From assembly GCA_004431415.1 (NCBI GenBank), contig QPMI01000527.1, positions 124,001-188,000 of the forward strand: a stretch of 64,000 nt of DNA, in the 5' to 3' direction. The DNA comes from Cyanophora paradoxa CCMP329 (lineage: Eukaryota > Plantae > Glaucophyta). Within the stretch, counting starts at the first letter, position 1; each line of letters opens with the position of its first letter. This document shows, piece after piece, positions 37,875 to 50,624 of the stretch. The notes beneath the pieces were generated by a model. It searched no databases. It saw nothing but the letters and a program-made list of their open reading frames with translations, and had not been told where the DNA came from. The position numbers and the translations under genes were made by a program.

Positions 37875-40800
37875 ACGAGGCCACATCGAGGCGGGAGTTT
37901 TTCACTCATTATTTCGGAACTGCTGAGCAGGAGACCGGATGTGAGAATAAACTCCGGCCGGCCAACACCCCGGATCCCTCTTATGCTTCTGATAATCCCT
38001 TTGTGCTTATGACGTTGTCGGCAGCTCATTTCGCTGATTTATACGATGGTCAGCAAGCTCAAAGTGTGGTGGCGGCGCATCGTGATGAACGGGCTGAATG
38101 TGCGTCACTGTATGCGCCTTATAAACTCATTCCGCGGGAGGCCGTGGATCTCGATACCCCACTGGCCGCCTATGAATTGTTGCAATCGTTTAAGGATATA
38201 TCTGGGCTTAGAAAATCCCCTGGACTTGATGGTTTAGTACCTGAATTTTATAGTACTTTCTGGGGCGACATTGGTCCAGATTTTATGGAATACCTTAAGG
38301 CTATGCATAATCGGAAGGCGGCCCCTGGCTCGCTACGAGATATCCTCATTGTCCCAATTCCGAAACCTGGTACGGATGCGACTTTGGTCACTAACCGTCG
38401 GCCTATCGCTCTATCGAATGTAGAGGAGCGAGCAGTCGAGCGGGCATTATCTAACCGCTTGACCCCTATCATGCCCCGCTTAATATCAAAATATCAGTCG
38501 GGTTTTATCACCAAACGTTCTGCGGTGCATCAATTTATGCTCGTATATTTATTGATGTATTATGAGGGGATAATCCCGATCTCGAGGAACTTTGTTTGGG
38601 GTTCCTTGATTTCTCCAAAGCCTATGATCGGGTGAATTGGGAGTTTCTTTTCTGGACCTTGAATCAATATGGATTTGGGTCATACTTTACTGACTGGGTC
38701 CGTCTTTTGTATTCTGATCTGTCGGGGATGATCCATATTAATGGCTGGACAACGCCTCGGTTTCCCATCCGGTGCGGAGTCCGGCAGGGTGGTCCTCTAT
38801 CGCCATATCTATATAATTTGTGTGCGCATCTATTAATCATGTTAATCGATACTGAACCCCGTATACGCGGGGTGCAAATTTCTGGGCGGTCCATATGCAA
38901 GGTCCTCCAGTTTGCTGATGATACTGTTCCCCTTATTGCCTCCTTTGCGGAATTCCCCATTTGGGACGCTCTCATTAAGAAATTTCAACGGTTAACAGGG
39001 GCGAAAATTAATCTCGAAAAATCGCATATACTACCCATGCACTCAAATTTATCTCTTCCACCTGATTGTCCTTTTGAGCGTATGAAGGTTGATCCTTCTG
39101 AGATTTCCGCAGATGCCAAGATCGCCAAATATCTCGGGTTCCCTCTGGAGCTAGTGCATGACCGGTTTTGGAATAAAAAGACTGCTGCTCTCGTTCTGCG
39201 CGCACAGTCAGTTAACCGGAATCGGATGCCTCTACGCTCTGGTGTTTTACTTGCGTGGGCTGCTATTGTGGGATCACTACATTATCCGCTGTATATTTTA
39301 GAACCGGGAGGTGATCGTTATAAAGCTTGGAGTAATTTAATCCGCAACTTTTCGGGTGTACGCGGCTCCGTATCTACATATGTTACGGCGCTTCCGTTTA
39401 AAGACGGTGGATTAAATTGCCCAGATATTGTTACGTTTTCGCTGGCTTTAAAATCTAAATGGCTTGCCTTCCTTAACGACCCGGCCTGTTCAGCTCCTTG
39501 GAAGGAATATATTCAATACCAAATAGACCGTCAGTTGGCTCCATTCTCTTATGCTAATGTCATTTTGGGGCTTGATGTGTCTGCCATCTTGCCAAGATTG
39601 CATTTGCCACCGCTTTGGCAGATGCTGTTTGAGGCGTGGCGAGATCGTCAAGCCGTTGCATCTCCTACAACCGTGCATCAAATTTTGACCCAGCCTATTT
39701 TTCTTAATCCTTTATATGTTCTTCCTAGTGACATTGCAGCACAGACACATACTGAGTTTGCGAGAGCCGGTGTACAGCGCGTCGCTGACATTTGGGATGT
39801 ACAGTTGCACCGATTTCGTGCTCCCCCTGCAATGCTAGTTGATTATACTGCTGCCTTTGATCAAATTTGTCGTGCCCTGCCATCCAGTTGGCTTACAACG
39901 CTTACTGCTAATGCCGTACCGGAACGTTTCTTATGGTATAAATCGAAAGATGATAAATATGTGTATCTGAGGGGTCCCTCGGGCTTTTTTGTGGCCTTCC
40001 CTCTTTTTGAAGGTGAGATTGTCCCACGGGTGTTGGATTTCGTCCCGTGGCCCCGTGGCCGCCCTCCAGATCCGCTCTTGTACCCTGGCGTACCAGCTGG
40101 CCTCTTGCCGCTTCATGTGCTCTCCTCCCAGTATTTTATTTCTTTGCGCAGAGGTTCGCGTCCAATTCTGGTTTCGCTTGGCACGGGTTCGACAGCTACG
40201 CTTTCCTACAGCAATTTTGCTTTCACATTCGATAAGATGCTCACGCTTCAGGGCTTTTCTGTTCGGCGCTTTTACCAGCTCGAGGTACAGCGACTGTGGC
40301 GGGTGCGGAGTAGGGCTAAGATGCCTTCAGAACACTGGGGTCTGGATCTCCCTCTTAATCGCGTGTCTCAGCTCGTCGCCCTTCGTGCCTTTCCTATGCT
40401 GTGGCTCGATGTCCTCTTCCGTCTCCGATATAAGGCTTTCCCATCTTTACAACGGCCGCCGGTCGCGGCTATTTTCTGCCGCGCTTGTAATGATGGGCAG
40501 CATCGTTCAGTGCGGCACGTTTTCTTTGATTGCCCTGTGGTGCAGGGTTTTTGGCGGGCCATGCATGCTGAGCTCACATCCTTAGCAGAGGCTTTGCCCG
40601 AGGACGTGCAGCCCTCTTTACCATTGCCTCCTATTACGTTCTCCGCTATTCTAGATCCACAAGTTCCCGGTGTTGCGGGGACATTGATCACATCTTCTGT
40701 GGATGCCGATTTCTGTGTTCGGTATCTCGGTTATATTTTGGCGGGCATTTACGCAATTTTTCAGCTGTCCCGTGCATATCTCTCACCCGATAATTTACTT

Positions 40801-42755
40801 GCTGAGCGGGTACCAGTGTACTCCGTTAATGCTCTGCTAAACCTGTGGAAACGTTTTCTGGATATTCTCGAGATTACGTTGCCTCCTGCTGTCGAGCGCA
40901 TTGAGCTTCTTCGTTTACGGCATTTAGGGGAGGGCTCTGATTACGATGGTTCAAACCCTGAGTCACGTGACCGCCCTAGCCCCCCTCAATCTATTTTTGA
41001 TGCGAGCTTCTTTTCTGTGCGCGGAGCTATCCCTCTACAGCGCTCGGGCCCCCCAGCAGTCGCGGTCCCGGGCCCCCCTGCAGTCGCTACCCCTAGGCCT
41101 GCTGCTACAGTTAATGGCGTCGGCGTGAATCCTCAAGTTCAGCACATTGCGAGGCCATCTGCTAGCGCTGATACAGCTTCGGTCCCGGCTCCCTCGAGTT
41201 CTCGTTTGAGCTCGTCTGCCGATGCTAGCGCTAGCGCCGCTTCTGCCTCCACATTAATATGCCCTATTTGTGGGAAGAACTTTCAGTCTTCTGCTGATCG
41301 TGACCGTCATGTTCGGGCTGATAAACATCCTGCTAACGCCCGTGGCGTTCGCCGACCTCGAACCCCTCTAGTTCAGAGAATCCTCCAGATCCTGTGCCTC
41401 CTGCCCAGCGCCCCCGCCTCCAGTCTCCGGATCCGGCACCCCCAGTGCTTGCTCCAGCTCCTGCAGCTGCGGCTACATATGCCGAGCCCCGTCAGCCTGT
41501 TCCGACTTTGCGACGGATTCGCTCCCCTGCACCCTCACCGTCGCCACCTGCTCAGCGGCTCCGTACTTCCCTGCCCCCCCTAGTCCTTCTCTGATACCTT
41601 CCGTTTCACGAATCCGCCGCCCCGGTCTCCGTCGAATTCAACCTTGCCTCCCGATGCCGATCCGTCCCCTGTCCATGTGTCTCGGCGCCTGCGGCTTTCC
41701 TCTCCTGTACCTTCGGCTTCCCCTCTGGCTGTCCCGCCAGATCCACCTCGCCCGCCGGTTCCTGCATGGCCCCCTTTGATTCATGATAGTCTTGTATCAA
41801 TCTTCGCTTCACCTCAACTTAGTTTACCCTCAGTTGTTTTGCCGTCACCTCCATCAGATGCTTCATCGATGTTAGTTAGGAGCACTGGCCCCCTCCACCT
41901 TCCAGTTCCTCGTGTATTCCATGCCTTCCCTGTACCTTTGATTCCGTTCCCTTTGTCGTTAGCTCTGCCTCTTCCTCCTCCATCTCTCACTGTTAGCCCT
42001 CAGGCAGTTCCGCCTCTTTATCTTCAGCGACCGTCAGACCGTATAGTTTTTGGCAGCGAGTATTTTGTGTATGGTGACGTTCCTCGTGTGTACCCTTCTC
42101 TCTCTTCTACTTCGCTATATTTGCCTCTCCCGCCTGGTTCAGCCCCATCGTCTGCCTTCCCTGTCACTACTGGCTTGCGTTTCGCCCCTCCTCTTATACT
42201 GCCGATTCCGAGTCTGCACCCGAGCTCTGCCCCTTTCCTCGTGTCGTCCCCAGTTCCTCAGATTAGTCTTCAGCCGTCCATTGTTTTACCAACTCTACAA
42301 TCTCGATTCCGTTTAGACACTCCGCCAGCTTCGACTTTCCCCTCTAGTGGTGTCCTACGTTTCGCCTCTCCTACTGTTCTACCGCCTTTGCCTCCTGCGA
42401 CTACGTCTTCTAGTTCTGCTGTTAGCTCTGTCTTGTCGTCTTCGTCTAGATCTTCGTCTTCGACTGTAGTTCCTCGTGCTCGTTCTCCTTATTTGCTGCG
42501 TCCCCGTGCTCCTCGTCGTTCTAGTGTGACTAGTACTTCTGCATCGACGCCCTTGAGCTCTTCTACTCCTTCTCCTCGTGCTCGTTCTCCTTATCTTTTG
42601 CGTTCTTCTGATCGTGTCCCTTCTCGTGATCCCTCTTGATTCTGTATATATTTTGTGCTAGTTTACTGTATCTTTGATTTGTGATTGCTTTGTTGTCTTT
42701 AATATCACTACCTACGGGGGGTTCGCCCCACCGTAGTCTCTCAAAAAAAAAAAAA
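37875..42755 (+). mobile_element. Non-LTR retrotransposon, L1/Tx1-like, family B; 5'-truncated (lacks ORF1 and endonuclease)
   Basis: RT motifs KSPGLDG, RPIAL, DFSKAYDRV, GVRQGGPLSPY, QFADD, KYLG. CCHC finger CRAC..HVFFDCP. Protein collinear with LINE A but DNA diverged. Frameshift in a G-run at ~38570. Tail ORF to 42639; poly(A) at 42743-42755. 5' boundary approximate. Confidence 0.92.
42712..42736 (+). other. 3'-terminal RNA stem-loop of LINE B (10-bp stem, 1-nt bulge, UUCG loop)
   Basis: CTACGG GGGG TTCG CCCC A CCGTAG, 6 nt before the poly(A). Confidence 0.7.
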
Positions 42756-43078
42756 CGGGTATTTGGAATTCCCCTGCTAAGGCTAGTGCAATCTACTAGC
42801 CTACAAGATGTAGCTTGAAGCACTAGCCGGCTAGCTTCGGGTGAAAAGTTATCGCGATCGCCGGCTACCCTTGCCCATACAACGGGCATGTCGAGTCGAT
42901 TAGGAAAAAAAACGAGCTGTGGTTAACTTGCCGCTGCAAGCCTGCAATTGCAAGTTTGCCAAGTTTGCAACTTGCCAAGTTGAAGCCGGTCAAAAGTTCG
43001 CTGCAAGCCGGTCGACCGGCGACGTCAAAAGTTCGGTGCAAGCCGTTATATAATTAAGGTTTGCTGCAAGAAGCTGAA

Positions 43079-43178
43079 TTTGCTTTTTTGTCTTTATGCC
43101 CCCTGGGCAGCCTAGCCGGGGCTAGCCCCTGCAGTGCTGGTGTCTAGAGACTGTGGCCGGTAATTCACCAAAAAAAAA
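43079..43178 (+). mobile_element. Short LINE A 3' end
   Basis: TTTGCTTTTTTGTCTTTATGCCCCC...GGCCGGTAATTCACC(A)9, with a palindromic insertion at ~43113. Confidence 0.85.
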
Positions 43179-43725
43179 GAATTGACTCCGAATTCGAAGT
43201 TGACAGGCTAGCGCTCTAGCCTCTAGATCTTGAGCTTGAGGCTTGAGCTAGAGCTCAACGAGCTTGATGATCTTGAATGAGCTTGACGTCGAGTTGACGT
43301 CGACGAGCTGTGTGAGCTGTATACATATGCATGTGGCTCGATCATGAAAAACATTGCATCATGATAATCATGAATCATGATCATGATCTGATGACCTGCA
43401 GCTGTACCCCCTGGCTCAAGGCTGCAGCCTGCAGGCTGCACAGCCTGCACTGCGGCAGGCTGCAGCCAGGCTGCAGCCGGGACGACGGTCTAGAATCTCT
43501 ACTAGGGCTAGATCCTGAGATCTGCCGCAGTGCGGCCATCTAGAATCTAGATCTGCCGGGCGTACGCCGCGGTACGCGTGCGGTCGCAGATCTACCTAGA
43601 CGAAGCTCGAAGCAGTCGACGTCAGCATTCTGAAGCTCGAAGCACGTGCAGCCAGCACTCCCCGTTTCCGCGTCGTCAGCAGCAGCAGCAGCCAGGCAGC
43701 AGCAGACGTCGTTTCACCGTCGAGG

Positions 43726-46700
43726 ATGTCCGGGATAGGCCGCGGGCGCGGCCGCTCGGCGCGTCCTGGTGCGTCGCTCGCGCTCCGATTCTCGCCCTAT
43801 AGCTAGCTATAGGCCTTGAATTCGCGTCGCTGACCGCGACCGGCGCTCCACTGGGCCAGCTGGCCATGGATGGCTTCCGAGTGCGATGGATGCGACCCCT
43901 GCGGCGGTTACCTTTGTCCCGTATGGGAGCGGTGCGCAGACCTTCAAGAATCCACTAGCTATAGGACGCTTCCAGCTGCCGCGCTCATGCATCCGCAGGC
44001 TCTGCCTCGTCGATGGCCGGCGCCATCGCCAGCGACGTCGACGACCGCGTCCCGCTTCTCGCCGCAGCGCAGAGCACTTCGACGATCAGCACTGAGCTAG
44101 CGCCGGCCTCGGCGCCCGAACGGGAGGTCGCCGCCAGCACAGACCCAGCGCCCGCAGCGCCGGCCGCGGCCTCGGCTGACTCGCATGGGACTGGCGCGGC
44201 TGGCGAGGCAGCTGGCCATGGGGCCGGAGCCGCCGGTGTCGGCCAGCTGCAGCCTGCCAGCGCTGCTAGCGCGGCGTCGCCCGGGGTCGAGCCGTGGTTC
44301 CATGTAGCTGCGACGGGGGACGTCGACGTGCTTCGGTGCGCCTTTCCCCCCCCCCCCTCTCCCCTCCCCCCCCCCCCCTCCCCCTCCCTCCACTCCCCTT
44401 CAATCCCTCCCCCATTCCCCACCCGCATCCGGCCGATCCCTCGCTTCCTTCACCCCCTTGGTACTTTTGATCGAAGGGACTCAACCCCCAATCCCCCGCC
44501 CCCCCTCTAAAACCGCCCCCCGCCCCTCCCCCCCCCCTCGCCCCCCCCCTCCCCTCCCCCTCGTACTTTGGATCGAAGGGCCGGCGCCTCGCAGGGCGAT
44601 GCTGGAAGGAGGCCGGCCGGTCGATTCAACGAACAAGGAAGGCCTCACTGCGCTCTACATCGCATGCAACAACGGCCACGAGGCCGCAGCGCGGCTCCTG
44701 CTCGAGCGCGGTGCAGACTCGATGCTGCCATGTGGCGAAATGGGCGGGCTCCCAATTCACGCGGGAGCTGCTGGCGGGCACGAGCCCATCGTGAGGTGCC
44801 CTTCAGGAATCCTGCATCATCTTTGCCAGCTGCAAACAGCCCTGCAGGCTTTTCCTGGGGCGCGGGGTGCCTGTGGATGTGAAGACCAAACGAGGGGCTA
44901 CGGTACTCTACATTGCATGCCAGGAAGGTCGCGAGGCCGTGGTGCGGCTCCTGCTCGAGCGCGGGGCGGACCCCTTGCTGTGCGACGACTACGGCTGGCG
45001 CCCCCTCCAAGTCGCTGTTGTTTACGAGCATATGGCGATTGTCAAGTGCGGCGGACCATGCTTTAATTTCCGCCATCAGACTTCACGTGACCCCATATGC
45101 ACGCCCGGTCCGCAGGCTCCTGCTCGAGCGCGGCGTGGATCCCAGTCTGGCAGACAGCAACAATCAGCTGCCCATTCATGCAGCTGCCGAATCCGGGAAC
45201 ATACCTCTCTTCAAGTTCGTTCTATTAAACCGCATTCACCTGTTTATACATATATACCACGTGCACCGTGATAATTATAGGCTCGCTGCAGGCTTTTTCT
45301 GGAACTCGGGAACCCCGTAACAGCAACCTGCACGCGCTTCGATATTAAAGGAACGACTGTGTTGCACGTTGGTGCCTTCCGTGGATTTGTGGATATCATC
45401 CGGCGCGTTACCAGATGAAGTTTTTCTATTTGCAAGTCTTTTGAGCCATCACCATCGCGTGATCTGAGCGCGGTGCAGATTGAGCTTGCAGCACGGGGCA
45501 GCGCTGGAAGCGATTGATGGACGCGGCTGGACACCGCTTATGGTTGCCTGCCAGTCGGGGGAGGCGGCGGCGGCGCGCTCTCTTCTGGAGGCGGGCGCTG
45601 AGTGGGACACGGAGGACAAAGAGGGAGTGACAGCACTAGAGCTCGCCCTCCGCTGGCGGCAAGGCGCCCTCCTCAATCCTTTCCTCGACTGTCCGCGCGT
45701 CCTCTTCACCTCGAGTAAACTTGCTGATATATGTGGGCGAATCGTTGATGCTGTTGCTGCTGAGTGCAATCCTGCCGCTGTCGTGGCCAAGTTTCCCGCG
45801 CACAAACTCCACTGTGCCCTTCATCTTGCCCGTCTTCTCGAGGTCCGTGATCCTCGGGCCGGGCCCGGCCGGCCCGTCCCATTCATTTTTTGACTTCGTT
45901 TCGAATTCTCCCGCCTGTCCCGGGGCCGTTCCGGGCAACGCAGAGGGCGGCCAAGGCAAACCCCGACCAGACTTCACTTATTCTTGAACACCGTGACGAA
46001 GCCATCGATGTTGCGTATCAGGTAGATTTCTCCCAGACCGTCATCTCGCCGACTCAGAGACACTTGTGCAGCTGCTGGATGCTATGGGGAGGAAATTTGG
46101 AGAGCGCCTGCAAAGGCGAGCAAGAAATGACGGTCTTGCGGTCACTTGGATAGGTGCCATGAGAAGGCTTGGGTGCGTCACATCGCCTCGCACGCTATAT
46201 ATATGTGCCTGTTTTGAATGGTTCTGATAACAAACCTGCGCAGGATGGAGACAGAAGACAAGAGGCTGGAGGAACGGCTACGGGATTGCGTCGAGCTCAC
46301 GGCAGATGACCCACTCGACACGTGGCACGCGAAGCAGGCGCGTTTAATTTGATATGATAATGAACACGTTGCAGTGCACCTGCAGCTGTACATGTGGTCT
46401 AACACCTTCTGCTCGCCCTCGATGCAGTTATACAAGAGATGTTACGAGCTCGAGCAAAACAATAAGAATAGCGCCATCGATGCAGGTATACTAGAGTTGT
46501 TTTGGACTGCTTGTGATCAGTTGGTGCCCATCGCCGACTCAGTCGAAGTGCGTGACACACCACCCTGCATCTGTCATGTCGTCGAGACCCCACTCAATGG
46601 CGCATGCAGGCTCTTGAACTTTGCCTGCCCGGTGTCGGGAGCCCACTCGACATAGCCATTGAACTGGATTTGTACCCGTTCTTTGTGCGCCTACCGACCC

Positions 46701-49520
46701 TCTTGCTCCTCACTCCTCGCATGCTGCTAGAAGCTTTGTTTTTATCCCAAACCTTTCGAAATGTTCCTACATCTGATCGCTAATGTTCCTACATCCTCGC
46801 CTGCGCAGGGCCATCCTTTTGTCCATCGCTACATTCAGCGCATCTCTGAGAGCGCATCAGATATGCAGGTCAGCACGAACGCCTTCTCTAGATCTCATCC
46901 AACCTAGCCATGGCCAGAGCACCTCATATGCATATGCATGTGTACATGCATGTACACATGCGCAGGCAATTGTATAAGAATTTTCTCACCCGTTTCAGGA
47001 CCTCACTTTTTTCATGTGCAGGCGGCTTCACTTCTTCCCAGCGCCCTCGTGTCGCTTGCTGAGAAGTTGTTGTTACGCGGTGCCGAAAAAGACGGCAAGA
47101 GCGAGGGAAAGGACGGCAAGAGCGAAGATGATGCTGGGACAGGTGAGGATGATGCTGGGGGAAATAAGCAGCCAATTGCAAGCGAGGGGACGTTCAATCA
47201 AACGAGCGAGGGAGAGCTCTGGTGGGAGTCTCCCGGGCACCCCCTCAACAGCTGGAAGGGAAAGTTCGCGGCGGATTTGACTACGTACCTTATTTTCCTA
47301 TTCCTCACGGCTCTCGGTACCGTCCTTTTACCCCCACTGCAATCCGCTTTGTGCAACGTCAGCTAACCACAGCCAGCTGTGTGGAGTGTGAACGCATACG
47401 TGCTTGGGGAGCTTGGCCACGGGCGACCGCAACCTTCAGTTCTGGCCCTCCTCGCCATTCAGTCTCTCTGTATGCTTCTGCACGAGTACTACCAGGCACG
47501 TCCGTAGGCCTTTTTGTCTGGCCTACCAAACTCTCGTTCTAATAAAGCGCGATGTTTCATCAGGCGCGGGTGGAAGGGTTCCGAGACTTCCTGGGAGACG
47601 TCTTCAATCTCTTTGACCTCGCCCTCTTTATCACCACGCCGCTCCTCGCGATTGTCGGAATCATTGCAGAGGTACTGATGGAGTTTCTCCCTTATCAACC
47701 GTGGTTTCAGCCGCTTTGACTTCAGTTCAGGCGGTACCCGGTTGTGCTCACTATGCCGACTATGTAGTTCCTGTCCTTTCTCTAAGTGCGACCTTACACC
47801 GACATTAATATTTACACAGCAGCTGTTCACTTGACTGACACCGCCGTGCAGTTTTCATTCCGGCTTCTCTTCGCCTTCTCGAGTTTGGGTACATCAGCTC
47901 CATGCTAGGTCTGCCATCATGCTAGGTTTTGGTTTTAAGCTCAAAACCAGCTCTCATCACTTCGAACAGGCCCCATGCTCGTTGTTTTCGGTCGCGTGCG
48001 TTTCTTAGCTTGTGGCTCCGAGGCTCTGCAACCCTCTCTTGATCTCTTGAACGCCAGATGGCGCAAAATGTTCTCTCGGTCCTCATCGTCTTTCTTCTCG
48101 TTTTCGCGTCCTTCGTGTTCGCCCTCTGGGGCTGGTCGGCCTCCATCCTTGGCCGCGCCAGCGACGGCGAACCGCCGATCACCTTGGCCGAAACTGCGTG
48201 CGCTCATGATCGGTCCTTAATATATAGCTACATATACCGCAGGCTCTCAGATCTTTCATGCGCTAAGCAACCCTTTCCTGCACCTCAGCGGATCTCTCTA
48301 CTTTGGTTTCCTGGGGGAGAGCGACTACGATCTGATGCGCTCCCGCGTCCCAATTGTTGGTCGGCTGTTTGCTGATTTTTGTCGGGCCGGGCCATGGGTT
48401 CAAATATGATCGATATCCCTCCACAGGCTCGGCATTTTTCTCGATCTACCAGATTATTACGGTGCGTCATGATCACTGACTCGAAGCACTATACACGTCA
48501 TGATCAACTGCAAGCCACTAACGTGTCGAGGCCATTGCCAGGTCATCCTGCTCCTGAACGTGCTCACCGGTCTCTTCAGGTGCGTGCGAAGAACCGCCTG
48601 CGCGCCCTGTTCATTTATTCACATTTATTCGTACTAACAATCCGGTCCGGATCCCAGCTTCTCTTTCACCGACATTTTTGAGAACGCGCGACACGTGTAT
48701 GCATTCGGCAGAGCGAAGGTGCCCCTGCTCCCTTTAATTTTGAAGCCCGCCGCCCTCAAAATCTTAAAAATTCAGATATCTGCAGCTTTTCGCCGCCGAA
48801 ATTGACCTGGCGGCAGATTATTCTCCGGTACCACCGGATGGGCCGCCATCTAGTGGCGCCGCTGAATGTAGTCTGGCTGCTGCTTAGCCCCGCGCCCCGC
48901 CTCGCCGCCGCGGTTATCAACGTGGTATCGGCTGTGTTCTTCCTCCCCTTCCTCGCCGTCGCACTCGGCCTCTCGTACCTGTCCCGCCTCGTCGAAAACC
49001 TCTTCGGAACTCCGGCGGACAAGAAGAAGCAGCAGGAGGCCGCCGCCCAGTCTGGAGCCCTGGAGGCATGGCTGAAGGCCATCGAAACCCACCGGAAGGC
49101 GCGGCTCGCGGACGCTGCCAAGGAGAAGACCGATGCTCCCTTAGAGCTGAAGCTCAAGTACCCCCTCGCGTACGACGAGGCCAACGAGAAGCCGGACCCT
49201 GTGCCCCCCGGCCCCCTCAAGGTGCGAGCCTCTACACCCCCGAACGATATGTATCTTCAGCTTTCTGAGTCAAATCGATCGAGCAGGTGGCGCACACGGC
49301 GGACAATATGCCGCGCAACCTGGAGACCATCCACGAGCGCACCGAGAAGCTGGAGGCAAGCCAGGCGGAGCTGAAGGAGAAACTGGAGGAGAAGATGGAC
49401 GCGTCGCTTGCAGAGCTGAAGGCCGGCCAGGCGAAGCTCGAGGCGTCGCTGGCGGAGGTGAAGGCGGCGCTCGCGGCGCTCGCCGCCCCCGCCGCCCGCC
49501 GCAGCCTCTTCGAGTTCTGA
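43726..49520 (+). CDS. Ankyrin-repeat TRP-like cation channel, copy C (apparently full length, short ankyrin array)
   Basis: Exon-by-exon paralog of copy A with three cassette exons. Same TM, pore, TRP-box and coiled-coil exons. Ends ARRSLFEF* at 49520. Confidence 0.85.
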
Positions 49521-50389
49521 GCAGCTGCTTCATGATCACGACGGCCGGCAGCACAGCCTCCTCGATAGCGCACGCACAGCGCAGCCAGCACTGCTCGCAT
49601 CCAGCAGATCTAGATAGAATAACTTATCCCCTAGGCCTGACGAGACAGCGTGTGTTTTGATTCCCGTCTAGCAGTTTTCGCATCCGATGATCGTCCATAT
49701 TGCTTAGTTGTTCATCCAATTCAGGGTTTCCAACAGCGATCGCGCGACTGGAATCGTTCTATCGTTCTATAGCTAGGTTTGCGCGTTTAGATTCATGATC
49801 ATGACAGCGCAGGCAGCAGTGTTTCGATCCACGGCCAGCTGTCACGTATAAGTAGTATTGCGGTTTATAAAATCGAACCTCTAGATCTGACTCCCATCCA
49901 GTTATCAATTTTATATGATCATCATCTCTCGTGATCTCGACATGAAGGCTCATGATCATCTCTCGTCATCATGCATGTAGGTGCTGAAAGTACCGATTTT
50001 GTGCTTTTTCTTGAACGCGAAGTAGATGCAATATACAGATGCACGAGTGCTGTGCATCTTGGTGTGTGCTCGCCGAGTCGGAAGGTGTAGTCAGCGATCG
50101 ATATCTGGAACTTCGGGATCTTGGGACTCCGGGAATGCATTGCAATTAATATTGATATTGCAATTGCGCATGCACATGAGCGTCGCGATCGGATATGGCC
50201 CTGCACCCGCGCGGCCTGCAGCTGCATGCACATGGCACGGGCCCATACACTGCATGTGATGCGTACGTATACGCATATGCGCTGCTATATCCCCGGCTCG
50301 AGCTCCAACTCGCGGCCATGATCATGATCATCATTTATTCAAATACAGCTCTGGCATGCTTACGTTAAATCTATAAGATAATCTATAGT

Positions 50390-50520
50390 CTCGCGCCGCC
50401 GCCCGCCGCGCCTCCGCCGCGCCCGGCGAGCCGCGCCGCCGCCCGCCGCGCCTCCGCCCCGCCCGGCGAGCCGCGCCGCCGCCCGCCGCGCCTCCGCCCC
50501 GCCCGGCGAGCCGCGCCGCT
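50390..50520. repeat. GC-rich tandem repeat, about 3 units of ~39 bp (GCCGCGCCGCCGCCCGCCGCGCCTCCGCCCCGCCCGGCGA)
   Basis: Tandem units read directly; related units at 20540-20770 and 50890-51240. Confidence 0.7.
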
Positions 50521-50624
50521 GGCAAGCCGCTCCGCCCGTCGAACCTCCATTCCGCGCGGTCGCGCGCGCCGCCCGCCGCGGCCCGGAGCCCGCCGCGGCC
50601 CGGAGGCCTCGCGCCGAGCCCGCC

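Larger units (their letters stand above)
37764..42921. mobile_element. Non-autonomous CACAG-ended DNA transposon (CACTA/EnSpm/CMC-like) carrying a nested LINE
   Basis: 17-bp TIR CACAGCTCGTTTTTTTT (37764-37780 / 42905-42921). 3-bp TSD GTT (37761-37763 / 42922-42924). Subterminal GAATTCCCC repeats. About 270 bp remain once LINE B is removed. Confidence 0.8.

Noticed and set aside
38560-38600. Programmed ribosomal frameshift in LINE B RT (and similar shifts at ~4165, ~41365, ~41575, ~60520, ~60760)
   Set aside because: All look like single-base changes in G/C homopolymers, and paralogs show the intact run where available. Sequencing error or decay is more likely.
37860-42770. TSD for LINE B (AAAATACGGTTA vs AAAAACGGGTA)
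   Set aside because: The match is imperfect and overlaps subterminal repeats of the host element, so it cannot be called.
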